From the IMG/VR virus record IMGVR_UViG_3300017700_000409, positions 1-64,000 of that record: a stretch of DNA of 64,000 bases; one strand, given 5' to 3'. The notes under the pieces were generated by a model. That model was given only the letters and a program-made list of their open reading frames with translations, made no database searches and was not told the origin of the DNA. The position numbers and the translations under genes were made by a program. The stretch is from a virus. Taxonomy: Duplodnaviria; Caudoviricetes. Shown here one piece after another: positions 28,267-36,969 of the stretch (position 1 is the first letter of the stretch; each line of letters begins with the position of its first letter).

Positions 28267-28412
28267 GCAGATCGAAGAGAGCCCTGCGCCTTCTTAAGAT
28301 ACTCAAGAACATCCGGCCTTTGGTTTTCGGTTCTTCCTTCAAGCTCTCGCGAAAGCTCCTTTACAACTTGTTCCAGGCGCTTGATGCGGAGGTTCAATGC
28401 CTCATTTGGCAT
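28251..28412 (-). CDS. Hypothetical 53-aa coiled-coil protein (not in ORF track)
   Basis: MPNEALNLRIKRLEQ...; SD AAGG. Confidence 0.5.
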   Translation of the reverse strand: MPNEALNLRIKRLEQVVKELSRELEGRTENQRPDVLEYLKKAQGSLRSAWECL

Positions 28413-28433
28413 ACCTTTAAAATTAGCCATAGC

Positions 28434-28847
28434 TCATGATCCTTTCTTTGGGTTCAATACCGGGTGGAATGGATTATCGTGCTGTAGGTCTAATACCACC
28501 TCCCGGGCTCGCTCTGTCTGCGCCTCCAGGTCTTCCACCCGCTCTAGGGCTACCTTGTATTGGGCGGCTATCCCGGCTTGTTGCTCATCCCACTCCTTCT
28601 TCCCGGCCTCGGTCTTTAGCTCATAGTAATCGGTTTGGATGAGGCGCTTGAGTTGATTGATCAATCGCTTGGCTACCTCGACCGATTTAGTGCGGGAGTA
28701 GAACTCTTCTTTCACGAAGATGTTGTGCCACCCTTCGCGGTCTGTGTAGGCGTAGATGTCCCCGGGAAGGTAGTCCACCATGACGAGAGCAAGCACCTTA
28801 TACTTCTCTCGCCTCTCGGGATCGAAGAACTCAGCGCGATTGGGCAT
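28434..28847 (-). CDS. Hypothetical coiled-coil protein
   Basis: SD GGAGAGG; coding-like composition. Confidence 0.65.
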   Translation of the reverse strand: MPNRAEFFDPERREKYKVLALVMVDYLPGDIYAYTDREGWHNIFVKEEFYSRTKSVEVAKRLINQLKRLIQTDYYELKTEAGKKEWDEQQAGIAAQYKVALERVEDLEAQTERAREVVLDLQHDNPFHPVLNPKKGS

Positions 28848-29244
28848 TGAGGCCTCTCCCTTTGTTTAGAGCTTCGCAGATTAGCTTCGCTTCATCTTCG
28901 TAGAAGCCCGAGCCTTGATAAAAAAGTCCGATGCTTAGACCGTATTTTTTACAAACTGGCGCCCCACACTGACACTTTACCGGGGCAATAGGGGTTAGAC
29001 CGAAAGCTTGTATCAGCTTGTCCTTTAGGGTCGGGAGGGGTTGTTTTTTACCCTCTCTCATCGCCTTCTCGCCTCCCCAATCGATATTATGTACAGCCCT
29101 GGCGGCATAGCCAGCCTTCTCATGGTGTTGGCAAAAGTCGCTTCCTCTCTTCGCTATTTTTGCGCAGCGATGGGCGGGAGGGCGAGCGACTTCAAACTGA
29201 CACTGCCGTTTCTCCCATCCTTTCTTTAGAGGCCGAACGGTCAT
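28831..29244 (-). CDS. Cys/His-finger hypothetical protein
   Basis: QCQ...RCAK.AKRGSDFCQHH; second CQCG..C. Confidence 0.6.
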   Translation of the reverse strand: MTVRPLKKGWEKRQCQFEVARPPAHRCAKIAKRGSDFCQHHEKAGYAARAVHNIDWGGEKAMREGKKQPLPTLKDKLIQAFGLTPIAPVKCQCGAPVCKKYGLSIGLFYQGSGFYEDEAKLICEALNKGRGLNAQSR

Positions 29245-29399
29245 GCTTCGGTCCTTTCACAAATGAACTTGTTGCGCCTCTCGACTTCCCGCCGCGTCAT
29301 CTTACACTTTCGGCAATAGCTTGCGTTTATGTCATCGCCTTCCGTGAACCAATGAAGCCTCTTTCTCCCGGGCGGGGCTTTTGAATATACAGTTACCAT
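29241..29399 (-). CDS. Hypothetical 52-aa protein (not in ORF track)
   Basis: MVTVYSK...HWF......CRKC...C; ATGA-coupled; SD GGAGG. Confidence 0.5.
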   Translation of the reverse strand: MVTVYSKAPPGRKRLHWFTEGDDINASYCRKCKMTRREVERRNKFICERTEA

Positions 29400-29400
29400 T

Positions 29401-29595
29401 TCACCTCCCCTCCCTCTTCATTTTCTGGTTGGCTTTCTCTTTGTCGCGAGCCCGCTGAATTGCTCGGCTAACATCGTTGCGGTGGTCCCAGCACCCAGCT
29501 AGGACTTCCCGCGCGAATGTGTGTTCGCCATCGGCTCGCGCCATCTTCGCAATCTCCTCGCGCCCGATTTCATCTGGGGTCTTGTTCGTATTCAT
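29401..29595 (-). CDS. Hypothetical protein
   Basis: Coupled small ORF. Confidence 0.6.
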   Translation of the reverse strand: MNTNKTPDEIGREEIAKMARADGEHTFAREVLAGCWDHRNDVSRAIQRARDKEKANQKMKREGR

Positions 29596-30326
29596 TTATC
29601 ACCTGTTGAAATATCTATCGCCGCATTAAGCCGACTGCTTGCCGTCAATAGATTATCTGTTTCATCAGCACGGGCGATTTTAGAAATACGGCTAAGCCTT
29701 ATTTCCTTTTCATTTATCTGATCCGCGAAGAAGATGATATCCACCTCCATCCAGGCGCCCATCCGTTGACTGGCAATAAATTGCTCACCTGTCTCTAGGT
29801 CATTACAAGCGATCCATTTCGGGCAGTCAGAAGAACTAGTCCACTTCGTCATGACCTGGCACTGGACGTATCTTCCATTGCGCCGGACAATCTCGCGGGT
29901 TGGGTATACTCTCGGGTCTTCGGGCTTCGGCGGCTCGCTCATCTTTTTTATCTTGGCTAGCTCCAACCGGGCGTATCGGTGTTCATCTAGGAAGTCGAGG
30001 CAGCGGAAGACATCGACCTTGAACCCGTCTCCGAGCTTGGAGAAAAATTCAGAACCTCCCGGGACAAGCTTGAGGAGCCGCTGGCCGAGTTCATGAAGCT
30101 CATCATCCGTTAGCTCCACAACAGCGTCGCCCTTCCTAGACTTCCGCGCAACAGCTTGTAGGATGTCGTACAGCCGCACCATGCTGTCCGGGGAGGTAGA
30201 GAGGGCTAGGGTGGCCTCCCGAACGCGCAAGGCGGTCGAGGCACGGCCTGACTGCTCATATTCCCCAGCTAAGGTCTGGAGCGCGAAGAGGAGAGCGTTG
30301 GATTTTTGAAGTTCGTTCATGTTCAT
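29592..30326 (-). CDS. Hypothetical protein
   Basis: SD AAAGGA; 244 aa. Confidence 0.7.
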   Translation of the reverse strand: MNMNELQKSNALLFALQTLAGEYEQSGRASTALRVREATLALSTSPDSMVRLYDILQAVARKSRKGDAVVELTDDELHELGQRLLKLVPGGSEFFSKLGDGFKVDVFRCLDFLDEHRYARLELAKIKKMSEPPKPEDPRVYPTREIVRRNGRYVQCQVMTKWTSSSDCPKWIACNDLETGEQFIASQRMGAWMEVDIIFFADQINEKEIRLSRISKIARADETDNLLTASSRLNAAIDISTGDK

Positions 30327-30334
30327 ATTCCTTT

Positions 30335-30610
30335 CTAAATCTCATTCCACGGGAAGCGAGGAGATACAATCTTAAGCCGCATGTGCCGCTTACAGTCATA
30401 AAGCCGAGGCTGGTAGACCCCGCCAAACTCTTCGCGCCTCCCGCTAGTTGCATATTCAAGAGCATCAGCGAGACGGCGGAAGCGGGCTTCATTCCGCCCA
30501 TCTTCATTCCGCCAGATTAAGAGGAAGCGACCTTCCATCATCATTCGCCTGTGGAAGTTATCATGGGCGCTTTCTTCCCATACGTTTTCTGGATATCCAA
30601 ACTGGTCCAT
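30335..30610 (-). CDS. Hypothetical protein
   Basis: SD GGAGG. Confidence 0.6.
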   Translation of the reverse strand: MDQFGYPENVWEESAHDNFHRRMMMEGRFLLIWRNEDGRNEARFRRLADALEYATSGRREEFGGVYQPRLYDCKRHMRLKIVSPRFPWNEI

Positions 30611-30611
30611 A

Positions 30612-30923
30612 TTAAATATCCTCCAAGGTTCTAATGACGCGCAGGCCGTTCTTCCCTACGACAAAGAGCATGCGGCGAGGGTTTGACCTCTTGTATTCAA
30701 TCGCATCTCCCTTGTTGCGGAATTTTATGCGATCAGGTTCCCCGCCCCGCTTGTCTACGAAGCTTGTGACTTCGTAGTGGCTAGGATTTTTCAAAGCCTC
30801 TTGCTCAGCTGCCGTAAGCGGGGAGGGTTTCAAAGTCATCTCCTGTGTTGTTAGAATTATTACCGGCCTCCATGAAATCCGAGGGTCGAGGTCAAACCAC
30901 TCTTCTAAGGTTGTTTGTTTCAT
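30612..30923 (-). CDS. Hypothetical protein
   Basis: SD GGGGA. Confidence 0.6.
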   Translation of the reverse strand: MKQTTLEEWFDLDPRISWRPVIILTTQEMTLKPSPLTAAEQEALKNPSHYEVTSFVDKRGGEPDRIKFRNKGDAIEYKRSNPRRMLFVVGKNGLRVIRTLEDI

Positions 30924-30932
30924 GTCTTCCCC

Positions 30933-31310
30933 CTAACACCCGAACCGTCTTTCAGCGGCCTGAATAGCATCCATCTCTGCTATAGCCTCTCGCTCATTAT
31001 CGTAGGCTTTTATCTGCTCCTTCGTGCACTTCGCTCTATCGAGGACGGCGATGACCCGCTGGCCTTCGCACCTGTAGCAAGCTACGTCATAAGCCCCGCC
31101 TAGATAGTCGGCCTTGAAGTCGGGGTCTTGATCGAAGTCCTCTTGGGTTAGGCCGTTCCCATCTATCGAAGGGTTGACGTGCGTTCCTTTCCCTGAACAC
31201 CTTGGACACACCTTGAACTTAGTAGGGAGAGTTACTTCAACCTCTTCCATCGCTCCATTGATACTGATCATCATGAAGGTGGTGCATTCTTGCTTATTTT
31301 TCATTTCCAT
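30933..31310 (-). CDS. CxxC-CxxC Zn-finger protein
   Basis: CPRCSGKG.HVNPSID...YDVAC..C.G. Confidence 0.65.
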   Translation of the reverse strand: MEMKNKQECTTFMMISINGAMEEVEVTLPTKFKVCPRCSGKGTHVNPSIDGNGLTQEDFDQDPDFKADYLGGAYDVACYRCEGQRVIAVLDRAKCTKEQIKAYDNEREAIAEMDAIQAAERRFGC

Positions 31311-31315
31311 TACTC

Positions 31316-32389
31316 CTATTTGACTTGCTTGAGAGGATCGTAACCAACCTGTTGGTTGAGAGAAATTTTCTCGGCTCTCGCGTGACCTGCGTTGAAGGCC
31401 CCGTGGTCGCGCTTTGCGGCCTCGCGTTCTTCCTTGCGGTCTTGGCGCTCCCAGTACTTCCGGTTGCTTTCCTCTTCCTTGGCCTTTTCCTTCGCGGCCT
31501 TCTCGATGATGCGGGCGTAGAGCTTAGGATGGAAGATAGCGAGGCATTCCATCCCTTCGGCTTCATAGCGTTCTTCCCGCTCAATCTTGGCGTAATACTT
31601 CGCCATAGCGTCGGGATCGACAACTTGTCGCGCTTGCCGTCTCGCCCAGGCCCCTTCGCCATAGCGAGCGTCATAGTTGCCGGCTTCTTCCGATGCGGCA
31701 TAGTCCGCCAACACCAAGGCGGTCCCGGTCGAGGGAGCCGAGGCGGGGTGTGCGGCCCGTCTCTCTTCTTCCTTCGCCTTCTTCTGGCGCTCTAGGTCAA
31801 CGCGGTCCCGCTCCTCTTGGATACGGTCGATCAGGTTCGCCACAGCACCCTCGCGGAAGTTCATTGCTTTCCGGGAGAAGAGCATTGTTGAATCATAGTT
31901 GTACTCGGCCATCCACTCCCGAAGAAGGCGTTCAATTGCCTGGTCGAGATATCCAACCATTACCTTCGTCATTGCGACGTTGACCTTGCGGCCGATGAGC
32001 TTGTGGACCGGGCGAAGAATACGGAAATTTTCCGGGCATCCTTGCGACTTCCATTCCCGCCGGTCATTTGAGTTTTTCGGAGGAAGCTGCGATTGAATCA
32101 TCTCCTTCGTGATCCAGTGCATGCAGAAGTTGAGCTTGGCGACAGCTGCGTATAAGTCGTGGTTGTATTTGTAGAAGCTACCTTCCACGGCTTCCTTCTC
32201 GCGCTTTTCGTCCGTGGCTCCGGACTTCCGCTCAATCGACCCCATGTCCAGGTTGTGCTGGGTCATGATCTCCTGGGCCTTCGCGGCCGCAGATGCCGCT
32301 TCTTCCGCATTGGGGTTGTTGCTCGCGAGCTTAAGGAGCTTCACAACGCGGTCGAGGATTTTGTTCATGTCAGGTGTGTTATTAGACAT
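31316..32389 (-). CDS. DUF2786-domain protein
   Basis: ILDRVVKLLKLA..NPN.EEA.SA.AKAQE.M..HNL N-terminus; F..G motifs. Confidence 0.8.
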   Translation of the reverse strand: MSNNTPDMNKILDRVVKLLKLASNNPNAEEAASAAAKAQEIMTQHNLDMGSIERKSGATDEKREKEAVEGSFYKYNHDLYAAVAKLNFCMHWITKEMIQSQLPPKNSNDRREWKSQGCPENFRILRPVHKLIGRKVNVAMTKVMVGYLDQAIERLLREWMAEYNYDSTMLFSRKAMNFREGAVANLIDRIQEERDRVDLERQKKAKEEERRAAHPASAPSTGTALVLADYAASEEAGNYDARYGEGAWARRQARQVVDPDAMAKYYAKIEREERYEAEGMECLAIFHPKLYARIIEKAAKEKAKEEESNRKYWERQDRKEEREAAKRDHGAFNAGHARAEKISLNQQVGYDPLKQVK

Positions 32390-32400
32390 GTGGTTATTCC

Positions 32401-32640
32401 TTATTTGCTATTCGGGTGAGGGATGACGGTGTCGGAGTAAATCTTGTCCCGGGTAACAACGGACATGATCCCGCGTTCAAGAAGCTCTTCCACCTCGACA
32501 GGGTGGATGTCCTGGCCGATCTTATAGCGGATAGTGTTGAAGGCCTCGATGACGCGGAAGCCCAAGCGTACATCCGGCTTGCCGGAGGCGGCAGAGCCGT
32601 AGACTTCGTTGACGATGATCTTCTTTTGTAGGTTAGCCAT
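32401..32640 (-). CDS. Hypothetical protein
   Basis: SD AAGGA; GC3-rich codons. Confidence 0.65.
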   Translation of the reverse strand: MANLQKKIIVNEVYGSAASGKPDVRLGFRVIEAFNTIRYKIGQDIHPVEVEELLERGIMSVVTRDKIYSDTVIPHPNSK

Positions 32641-32641
32641 T

Positions 32642-32818
32642 TTAATTCCTTCCTTGGAGGATGCGTTGAAATTTAACGATGGACCATTTTATTGAGCGAA
32701 TTTTTCCTTTCGATGGGTTAGGGAATTTAGACAAGGCTTGAAGTTCAAGGTCCAACGCTTGTATGCGCTTTTTAGCAAACTCGCGGCGCTGAAGCGTTGA
32801 TGGTTCTGTTCTTCTCAT
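32642..32818 (-). CDS. Hypothetical basic protein
   Basis: Start moved to ATG32818 (SD AGGAG). Confidence 0.55.
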   Translation of the reverse strand: MRRTEPSTLQRREFAKKRIQALDLELQALSKFPNPSKGKIRSIKWSIVKFQRILQGRN

Positions 32819-32828
32819 TTCAATTCTC

Positions 32829-33047
32829 CTAGCGCAAGACGATTGCTGAAATAGTTTCCCCACTCTCATCATCCTCGATGAGTTTCGGCATGTTGTGATA
32901 TGATGAATGTTTTACGGGCATTTCTTCTATGCTAGAGACTTCCGGGGCCACAACTGTTTTCCAATAGTCTCCATAGTTGTAGGCGAAGTGGACGGGGAGG
33001 TTTTTGTCTAACCCCTTAAGTTGTTCAATCAATTCTCCAACGGTCAT
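32829..33047 (-). CDS. Hypothetical protein
   Basis: MTVGELIEQL...D..LPV N-terminus common in phage proteins. Confidence 0.65.
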   Translation of the reverse strand: MTVGELIEQLKGLDKNLPVHFAYNYGDYWKTVVAPEVSSIEEMPVKHSSYHNMPKLIEDDESGETISAIVLR

Positions 33048-33065
33048 CTTATGTTCCTTTTTAAG

Positions 33066-33287
33066 TTAGCCGAAAACCATGAAGCCTTTTTGGGCGATGT
33101 GTATTGCGGCAACGTTTGCGTCACGGCCCTGTCCCTGAGGGTTGGCGAAGATCGCAGTGAACCGATGCTCCCGGTTGAGGACGATTATGTGACGCTCTTT
33201 GTCGAAGCCGTATTTTTTGATGTGCTTTTTCAAAAGGTCTTCGGTTGCGTATGAGCGGGAGTGGTCGATGTTGTTGAGAGCTTCCAT
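33066..33287 (-). CDS. Hypothetical protein
   Basis: SD GGAAGG. Confidence 0.6.
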   Translation of the reverse strand: MEALNNIDHSRSYATEDLLKKHIKKYGFDKERHIIVLNREHRFTAIFANPQGQGRDANVAAIHIAQKGFMVFG

Positions 33288-33288
33288 C

Positions 33289-33621
33289 TTATTTTTCCTT
33301 CCAGGTGCGAAGCCAAATATTTATGAAGCCGTCAGCGAACCAGACGGCCTCCGGGTCGTTGCTATCTCCGAGGAGGAAGAGACGCCCACCACACTCGAAA
33401 GTCTCCTTGTTCATGCAGAGCATCTTTAGCTTCTGGCATATCTCTTCCAGAACCTCGATGTTACATTTTGAAAGTCGCACCCTTGCAACGAAGGTGTCGA
33501 CTTCAGCGTTTGTCGAGTGGAAACTTACATCGACATCTATCATCAAATTATTCACGCTGAATAATTCTTTGGTGATTTCGTGAGCGACTTTCTTTTTGAG
33601 AGTTTCTCTATCCATTTTCAT
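33289..33621 (-). CDS. Hypothetical protein
   Basis: Start moved to 33621 or 33615 (SD GGGAG). Confidence 0.6.
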   Translation of the reverse strand: MKMDRETLKKKVAHEITKELFSVNNLMIDVDVSFHSTNAEVDTFVARVRLSKCNIEVLEEICQKLKMLCMNKETFECGGRLFLLGDSNDPEAVWFADGFINIWLRTWKEK

Positions 33622-33625
33622 CTCC

Positions 33626-33793
33626 CTACGGTTGGCCGATAGCGTGAGCGACTTTGTTCGCAATCTCTTGATCGTCTTGCGAAGGGTCGCGGTGGATTTC
33701 CTCTAGCGCCATATCAGCGGCATCGTCAATGTCGTAGTCCTTGAGAACGATCAGCGCGATGTCTTCGGCTCTAGTCCAGATTGTCCGTCCCAT
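33626..33793 (-). CDS. Hypothetical acidic 55-aa protein (not in ORF track)
   Basis: MGRTIWTRAEDIALIVLKDYDIDD...; SD GGGAG. Confidence 0.55.
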   Translation of the reverse strand: MGRTIWTRAEDIALIVLKDYDIDDAADMALEEIHRDPSQDDQEIANKVAHAIGQP

Positions 33794-33804
33794 TTTAGTT
33801 CTCC

Positions 33805-34077
33805 CTAGATGTGCTTATGAAAAACAGCCCAGAAGATTAGCTTGGAGTTTTTAATTCCAATCCACATCGGCCCGAGGCCCGCTCCAATTATCCTTTCGCA
33901 GTCTTGCCTTAAAGTCTGTAAGCTGCTTGAATCAGCGATGTTGCCCATTGTATCTATGATAGAACTTGAGAACTCGATGCCTTTATCATTTACAACAACC
34001 TGCCCATCAATAAAGATGTTGATGCATTTATTAGCAGCGCGGAGAAGTTCATTCTGTGATTTTTTTGTAATTTTCAT
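33805..34077 (-). CDS. Hypothetical protein
   Basis: SD AAGGA; AT-rich. Confidence 0.6.
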   Translation of the reverse strand: MKITKKSQNELLRAANKCINIFIDGQVVVNDKGIEFSSSIIDTMGNIADSSSLQTLRQDCERIIGAGLGPMWIGIKNSKLIFWAVFHKHI

Positions 34078-34143
34078 TTGATGTTCCTTTCTTGAGAGGC
34101 TTACTGGCCATCATCGTCAGCGCTGTGGAGCCATCCACAACGT

Positions 34144-34169
34144 AAAAGAGCGGACCAACCGGCCCGCTC
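34144..34169 (-). terminator. Rho-independent terminator (short U-tract)
   Basis: Minus strand GAGCGGGCC-GGTT-GGTCCGCTC-TTTT; 9 bp including one G.U pair. Confidence 0.7.
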
Positions 34170-34545
34170 TCTTTTCGATTTTGTAAGCTGTTTAGTTTTT
34201 AGAAGCCCGAGGCGCGTGCCCAGGGGGAGACGGGTGTATTTAATCAGGCGGTCATTCTCCGGTAGAGAACGATCCTGTACCCGGGCAAGCCCCTGGGCAC
34301 TCGTCTCGGGCCTCTAACGTATGCGCGTTCAACTGAGCTTCACAGCGGCAGTCACGTATCGCATTTATCTTCCGGCTTGGCCGGGTCCTAAGTCCTAGAG
34401 CTAATGCGACTGGCGCTCGCTCCTCGGGCTTCGATGTCGCGTGCTGACTAGGGGTCTGGGCTCCCTGTCTCACCTCGCCTCGGTAGGGCTTCGCCCTTCG
34501 CCTGATGCCCTAGTCCCGCGCTGTGCGCTAGAGGGCCTGTCCTGG

Positions 34546-34587
34546 CTACCGTTGCGGGCCTCTAGTTGCGCTTTCTTCCGGGAACAT
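34546..34587 (-). CDS. Candidate 13-aa leader peptide MFPEESATRGPQR
   Basis: SD GGAGGAG 8 nt upstream of ATG34587. Confidence 0.35.
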   Translation of the reverse strand: MFPEESATRGPQR

Positions 34588-34809
34588 TTCTAAGTCTCCT
34601 CCGGGTTCGCAACCAGTCAGCTTTCGCGTCCCCCGTATTTGTCCGCCCCGGGGGAGGGGTCGGGAGGGGCTCCGTAGGCCCGTCCTTCGATTAAGAGTGT
34701 AATATATAGAGTGTAGGGCTCAAAACCCTATTTCAGCCATATTCCCCAACAAAACAAGCAATTCACTATCCGCCCGGGGCCTATTCGGCTCAAAACCGGC
34801 CTCGGGGCC

Positions 34810-35004
34810 CTAGTCGTGGCGGGCGGGTATCGGTTCGTCCTTTTGTTCTTCTTGTTCGTGGAGAAGACGGCGCACCAGTTCCGCTTCTTTGTGAAACTCT
34901 GGAGAGAATATAGCAACCGGAATTCCATGCCCTGGGTGTGGAGAGCGGAACAAATGAATTGAGCCGTGGTCAGAGAGGTGTGTTGTCCAGCGATACATCT
35001 TCAT
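34810..35004 (-). CDS. Hypothetical protein
   Basis: Start moved to ATG35004 (SD AAGGG). Confidence 0.55.
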   Translation of the reverse strand: MKMYRWTTHLSDHGSIHLFRSPHPGHGIPVAIFSPEFHKEAELVRRLLHEQEEQKDEPIPARHD

Positions 35005-35096
35005 TCCCTTTCTTTGTAGCGAAGCGGGGTGCGCCAGCAAGACTTCCTTAAAGGGAGGAAGCGTTGACGGGCCTAGCGCACCCCTCTCCTCGGCTC

Positions 35097-36086
35097 TTAG
35101 AACTTCCCGTCACCTTGCGCGGCTCTGTCCGCGTCACGGTTCTCGTCAGTGTAGTTCATCCGGACTTCGCCCTTGTTGATGCTATCTTTGAATTGCTCAG
35201 CGCGGTTGACGATATCTTCCCCGCCCGGCAGATCGAAGGTCAGGAAGCTTTCATCATCCGGGTGATCGGCGGGTTTGTAAACCTGAACCTTCCACGACAT
35301 CCAGTCGCCATCGTCATTGCTTTCGGGTTGCGTCGTGAGACGATACGGACGGAAGTACATTTCCGGATTGTAGGTTCCGCTCTCGCCTTCTCCCTTCGGC
35401 TCCTGCCAGCCTTGGATCAAGGAGTTGAGGCGCTTGGCCGCTTTCCAGTTGCTAGAGGTCATCGAGATGATGCACTCATCGGCCTTGCCGCTTTCGGGAT
35501 CAACCAAGAACCCGAAGTAATCGCCTGACTCAACGATCTGCTCCTTGCCGCCGGCAAGAAGGTTGCGGCCCTTCTTGTCCGTCTCGACAACGAGCGCCAT
35601 TGCGCCCTTTTCGTCCTGGCCCCAGTCCTTCACGAAGCCACCGCCATCGCCTTCCTTGCCGCGAAGCTTCCACTGGGTCCAGCGGCGAGTGTACTTCGTG
35701 GGAACGAAAATGATGCCCTCTTCGCCATCGAAAAGATCAGCATTAGCGTTGTTGTAAATCATCCCTTCCGCTGCGCCATCCACAAACTTGTCGCTGCTCT
35801 TAACGCAAGGTTGCGACTTCGCTTGGAGGATAACAACGAACGGGATCAGAAGGTCACGCTGCTCAAAGCCGTGGCCTTTAGTCTTAGAAGCAGCCGCAAG
35901 CATCCGGCTCCTGGCGTCTCCGGTCGTCAGGGCCGTACTTCCCTTGGAGCGGTTAGCAACAGCGCGGCTCCCCGAGGAAGCGTTGCCGGCTTCCGGCTTG
36001 GTCTTGTTGTTCTTCGTTTTGGCTTTGGCTGCTGCGGCCTTCGCGGCTTTATCAGCAGCGGCTTTCTTCGGATCAATTTTTCCCAT
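35097..36086 (-). CDS. Putative ssDNA-binding/annealing protein
   Basis: IPF..ILQ..S, GA.EG.IYN, FVP..Y...W..W..R..GGGF, Y.LTT..E.ND.G.W motifs; acidic C-terminus; high GC3; K/A-rich N-tail. Confidence 0.6.
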   Translation of the reverse strand: MGKIDPKKAAADKAAKAAAAKAKTKNNKTKPEAGNASSGSRAVANRSKGSTALTTGDARSRMLAAASKTKGHGFEQRDLLIPFVVILQAKSQPCVKSSDKFVDGAAEGMIYNNANADLFDGEEGIIFVPTKYTRRWTQWKLRGKEGDGGGFVKDWGQDEKGAMALVVETDKKGRNLLAGGKEQIVESGDYFGFLVDPESGKADECIISMTSSNWKAAKRLNSLIQGWQEPKGEGESGTYNPEMYFRPYRLTTQPESNDDGDWMSWKVQVYKPADHPDDESFLTFDLPGGEDIVNRAEQFKDSINKGEVRMNYTDENRDADRAAQGDGKF

Positions 36087-36091
36087 AGCAC

Positions 36092-36331
36092 TTATTCCCT
36101 TATTAGATTTTCGATGCCTTTTTCAACCGCCAGCCACTCCGGCATTGTGAAGATGTGGCCATCGCGTTTAACAATACTCATCGGTAAAAATAAAATCTCT
36201 TCCTTGGCGACTAGCGCCTGCCTCATTCCTTTCTTGTAGTTAGGATTTTTAACAATGTAGGACGCTGGGCCGTCCTTCTCATATACAAGTTCAATTTCAA
36301 CCAGCCGTTTACTACCGCGCCCCGCCATCAT
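36092..36331 (-). CDS. Hypothetical protein
   Basis: Start moved to 36331; FLP.S, MPEWLA.EKG motif. Confidence 0.55.
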   Translation of the reverse strand: MMAGRGSKRLVEIELVYEKDGPASYIVKNPNYKKGMRQALVAKEEILFLPMSIVKRDGHIFTMPEWLAVEKGIENLIRE

Positions 36332-36953
36332 CACCCCTCTTCGGAAAATCAATGCGAACAAAAACCCCCGTCTCTCCATCGAAGACATCAAAAGGAATAT
36401 CCTTGCCTGCCTTAAGCCGCTCGCGGAAGAACGCCTGGAGCGTTTGCGGGTGGACCCGTTCTTTCAATTCAACAACAGCCTTGCCCCCCTTCTTAAGCTG
36501 CTCAAAGAATTTGCGAGCTAGGGCTGAATCGTTACGGGAGAACTTTCCAATCAGTTCGCACTTCAGAAGGTCCTCCGCCTTCCACTTCTTCAAGAGGCCC
36601 AGTGCAGTTTTGAGCTTCTTCGGTTCCTTGGGCCAAGTCCCGGTGAGGTAGCTATCCAACTCTAAGTGAGCGCCTGAATCTTGATCTGTGAAATCTCGGA
36701 TGCCCGCTTCAGCGAAGACGGCGGGGAGAGTTTTTCTTTGCATCTCCAACATCTTTGACCGGATTTCATCGCAAGAGGTTTCGAGCGCATTCAATTCTCC
36801 TTGCAACGCTTCGTATTCCGCGACGCACCTGTGTACTTGCTTAAGGTCTTTGTTGCTGGCCTTGACCGTCCGCGCGAACATGTCGCGCTTTTGATCCGAC
36901 TTCTTATCCTTCTTCGCGGGGGCTTTTGCCGCCGCTTTCTTCTTTGACGCCAT
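36312..36953 (-). CDS. Conserved replication-region protein
   Basis: Coiled-coil, LP..F.EAGI, VHPQTL.AF..E....G..IP.D.F motif typical of the gene next to this SSB-like family. Confidence 0.65.
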   Translation of the reverse strand: MASKKKAAAKAPAKKDKKSDQKRDMFARTVKASNKDLKQVHRCVAEYEALQGELNALETSCDEIRSKMLEMQRKTLPAVFAEAGIRDFTDQDSGAHLELDSYLTGTWPKEPKKLKTALGLLKKWKAEDLLKCELIGKFSRNDSALARKFFEQLKKGGKAVVELKERVHPQTLQAFFRERLKAGKDIPFDVFDGETGVFVRIDFPKRGDDGGAR

Positions 36954-36969
36954 AACGGATGTTCCTTTC

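Larger units (their letters stand above)
34144..34694 (-). ncRNA. Candidate structured RNA or long structured leader
   Basis: ~730-bp gap with no convincing gene; nested helices at 34201-34315 with G.U pairs that form only on the minus strand; further stems; AT-rich -10-like TATATT at 34701-34706; terminator at the 3' end. Confidence 0.5.

Noticed and set aside
34252-34473. 73-aa minus ORF in the structured region
   Set aside because: Weak start, no SD, atypical composition; the pairing pattern explains the sequence better
34144-34694. tmRNA, RNase P or tRNA identity for the structured RNA
   Set aside because: No tRNA-like ends or Ala-Ala-ending tag, no GAGGAAAGUCC/ACAAAACCCGGCUUA core; kept as an unclassified candidate
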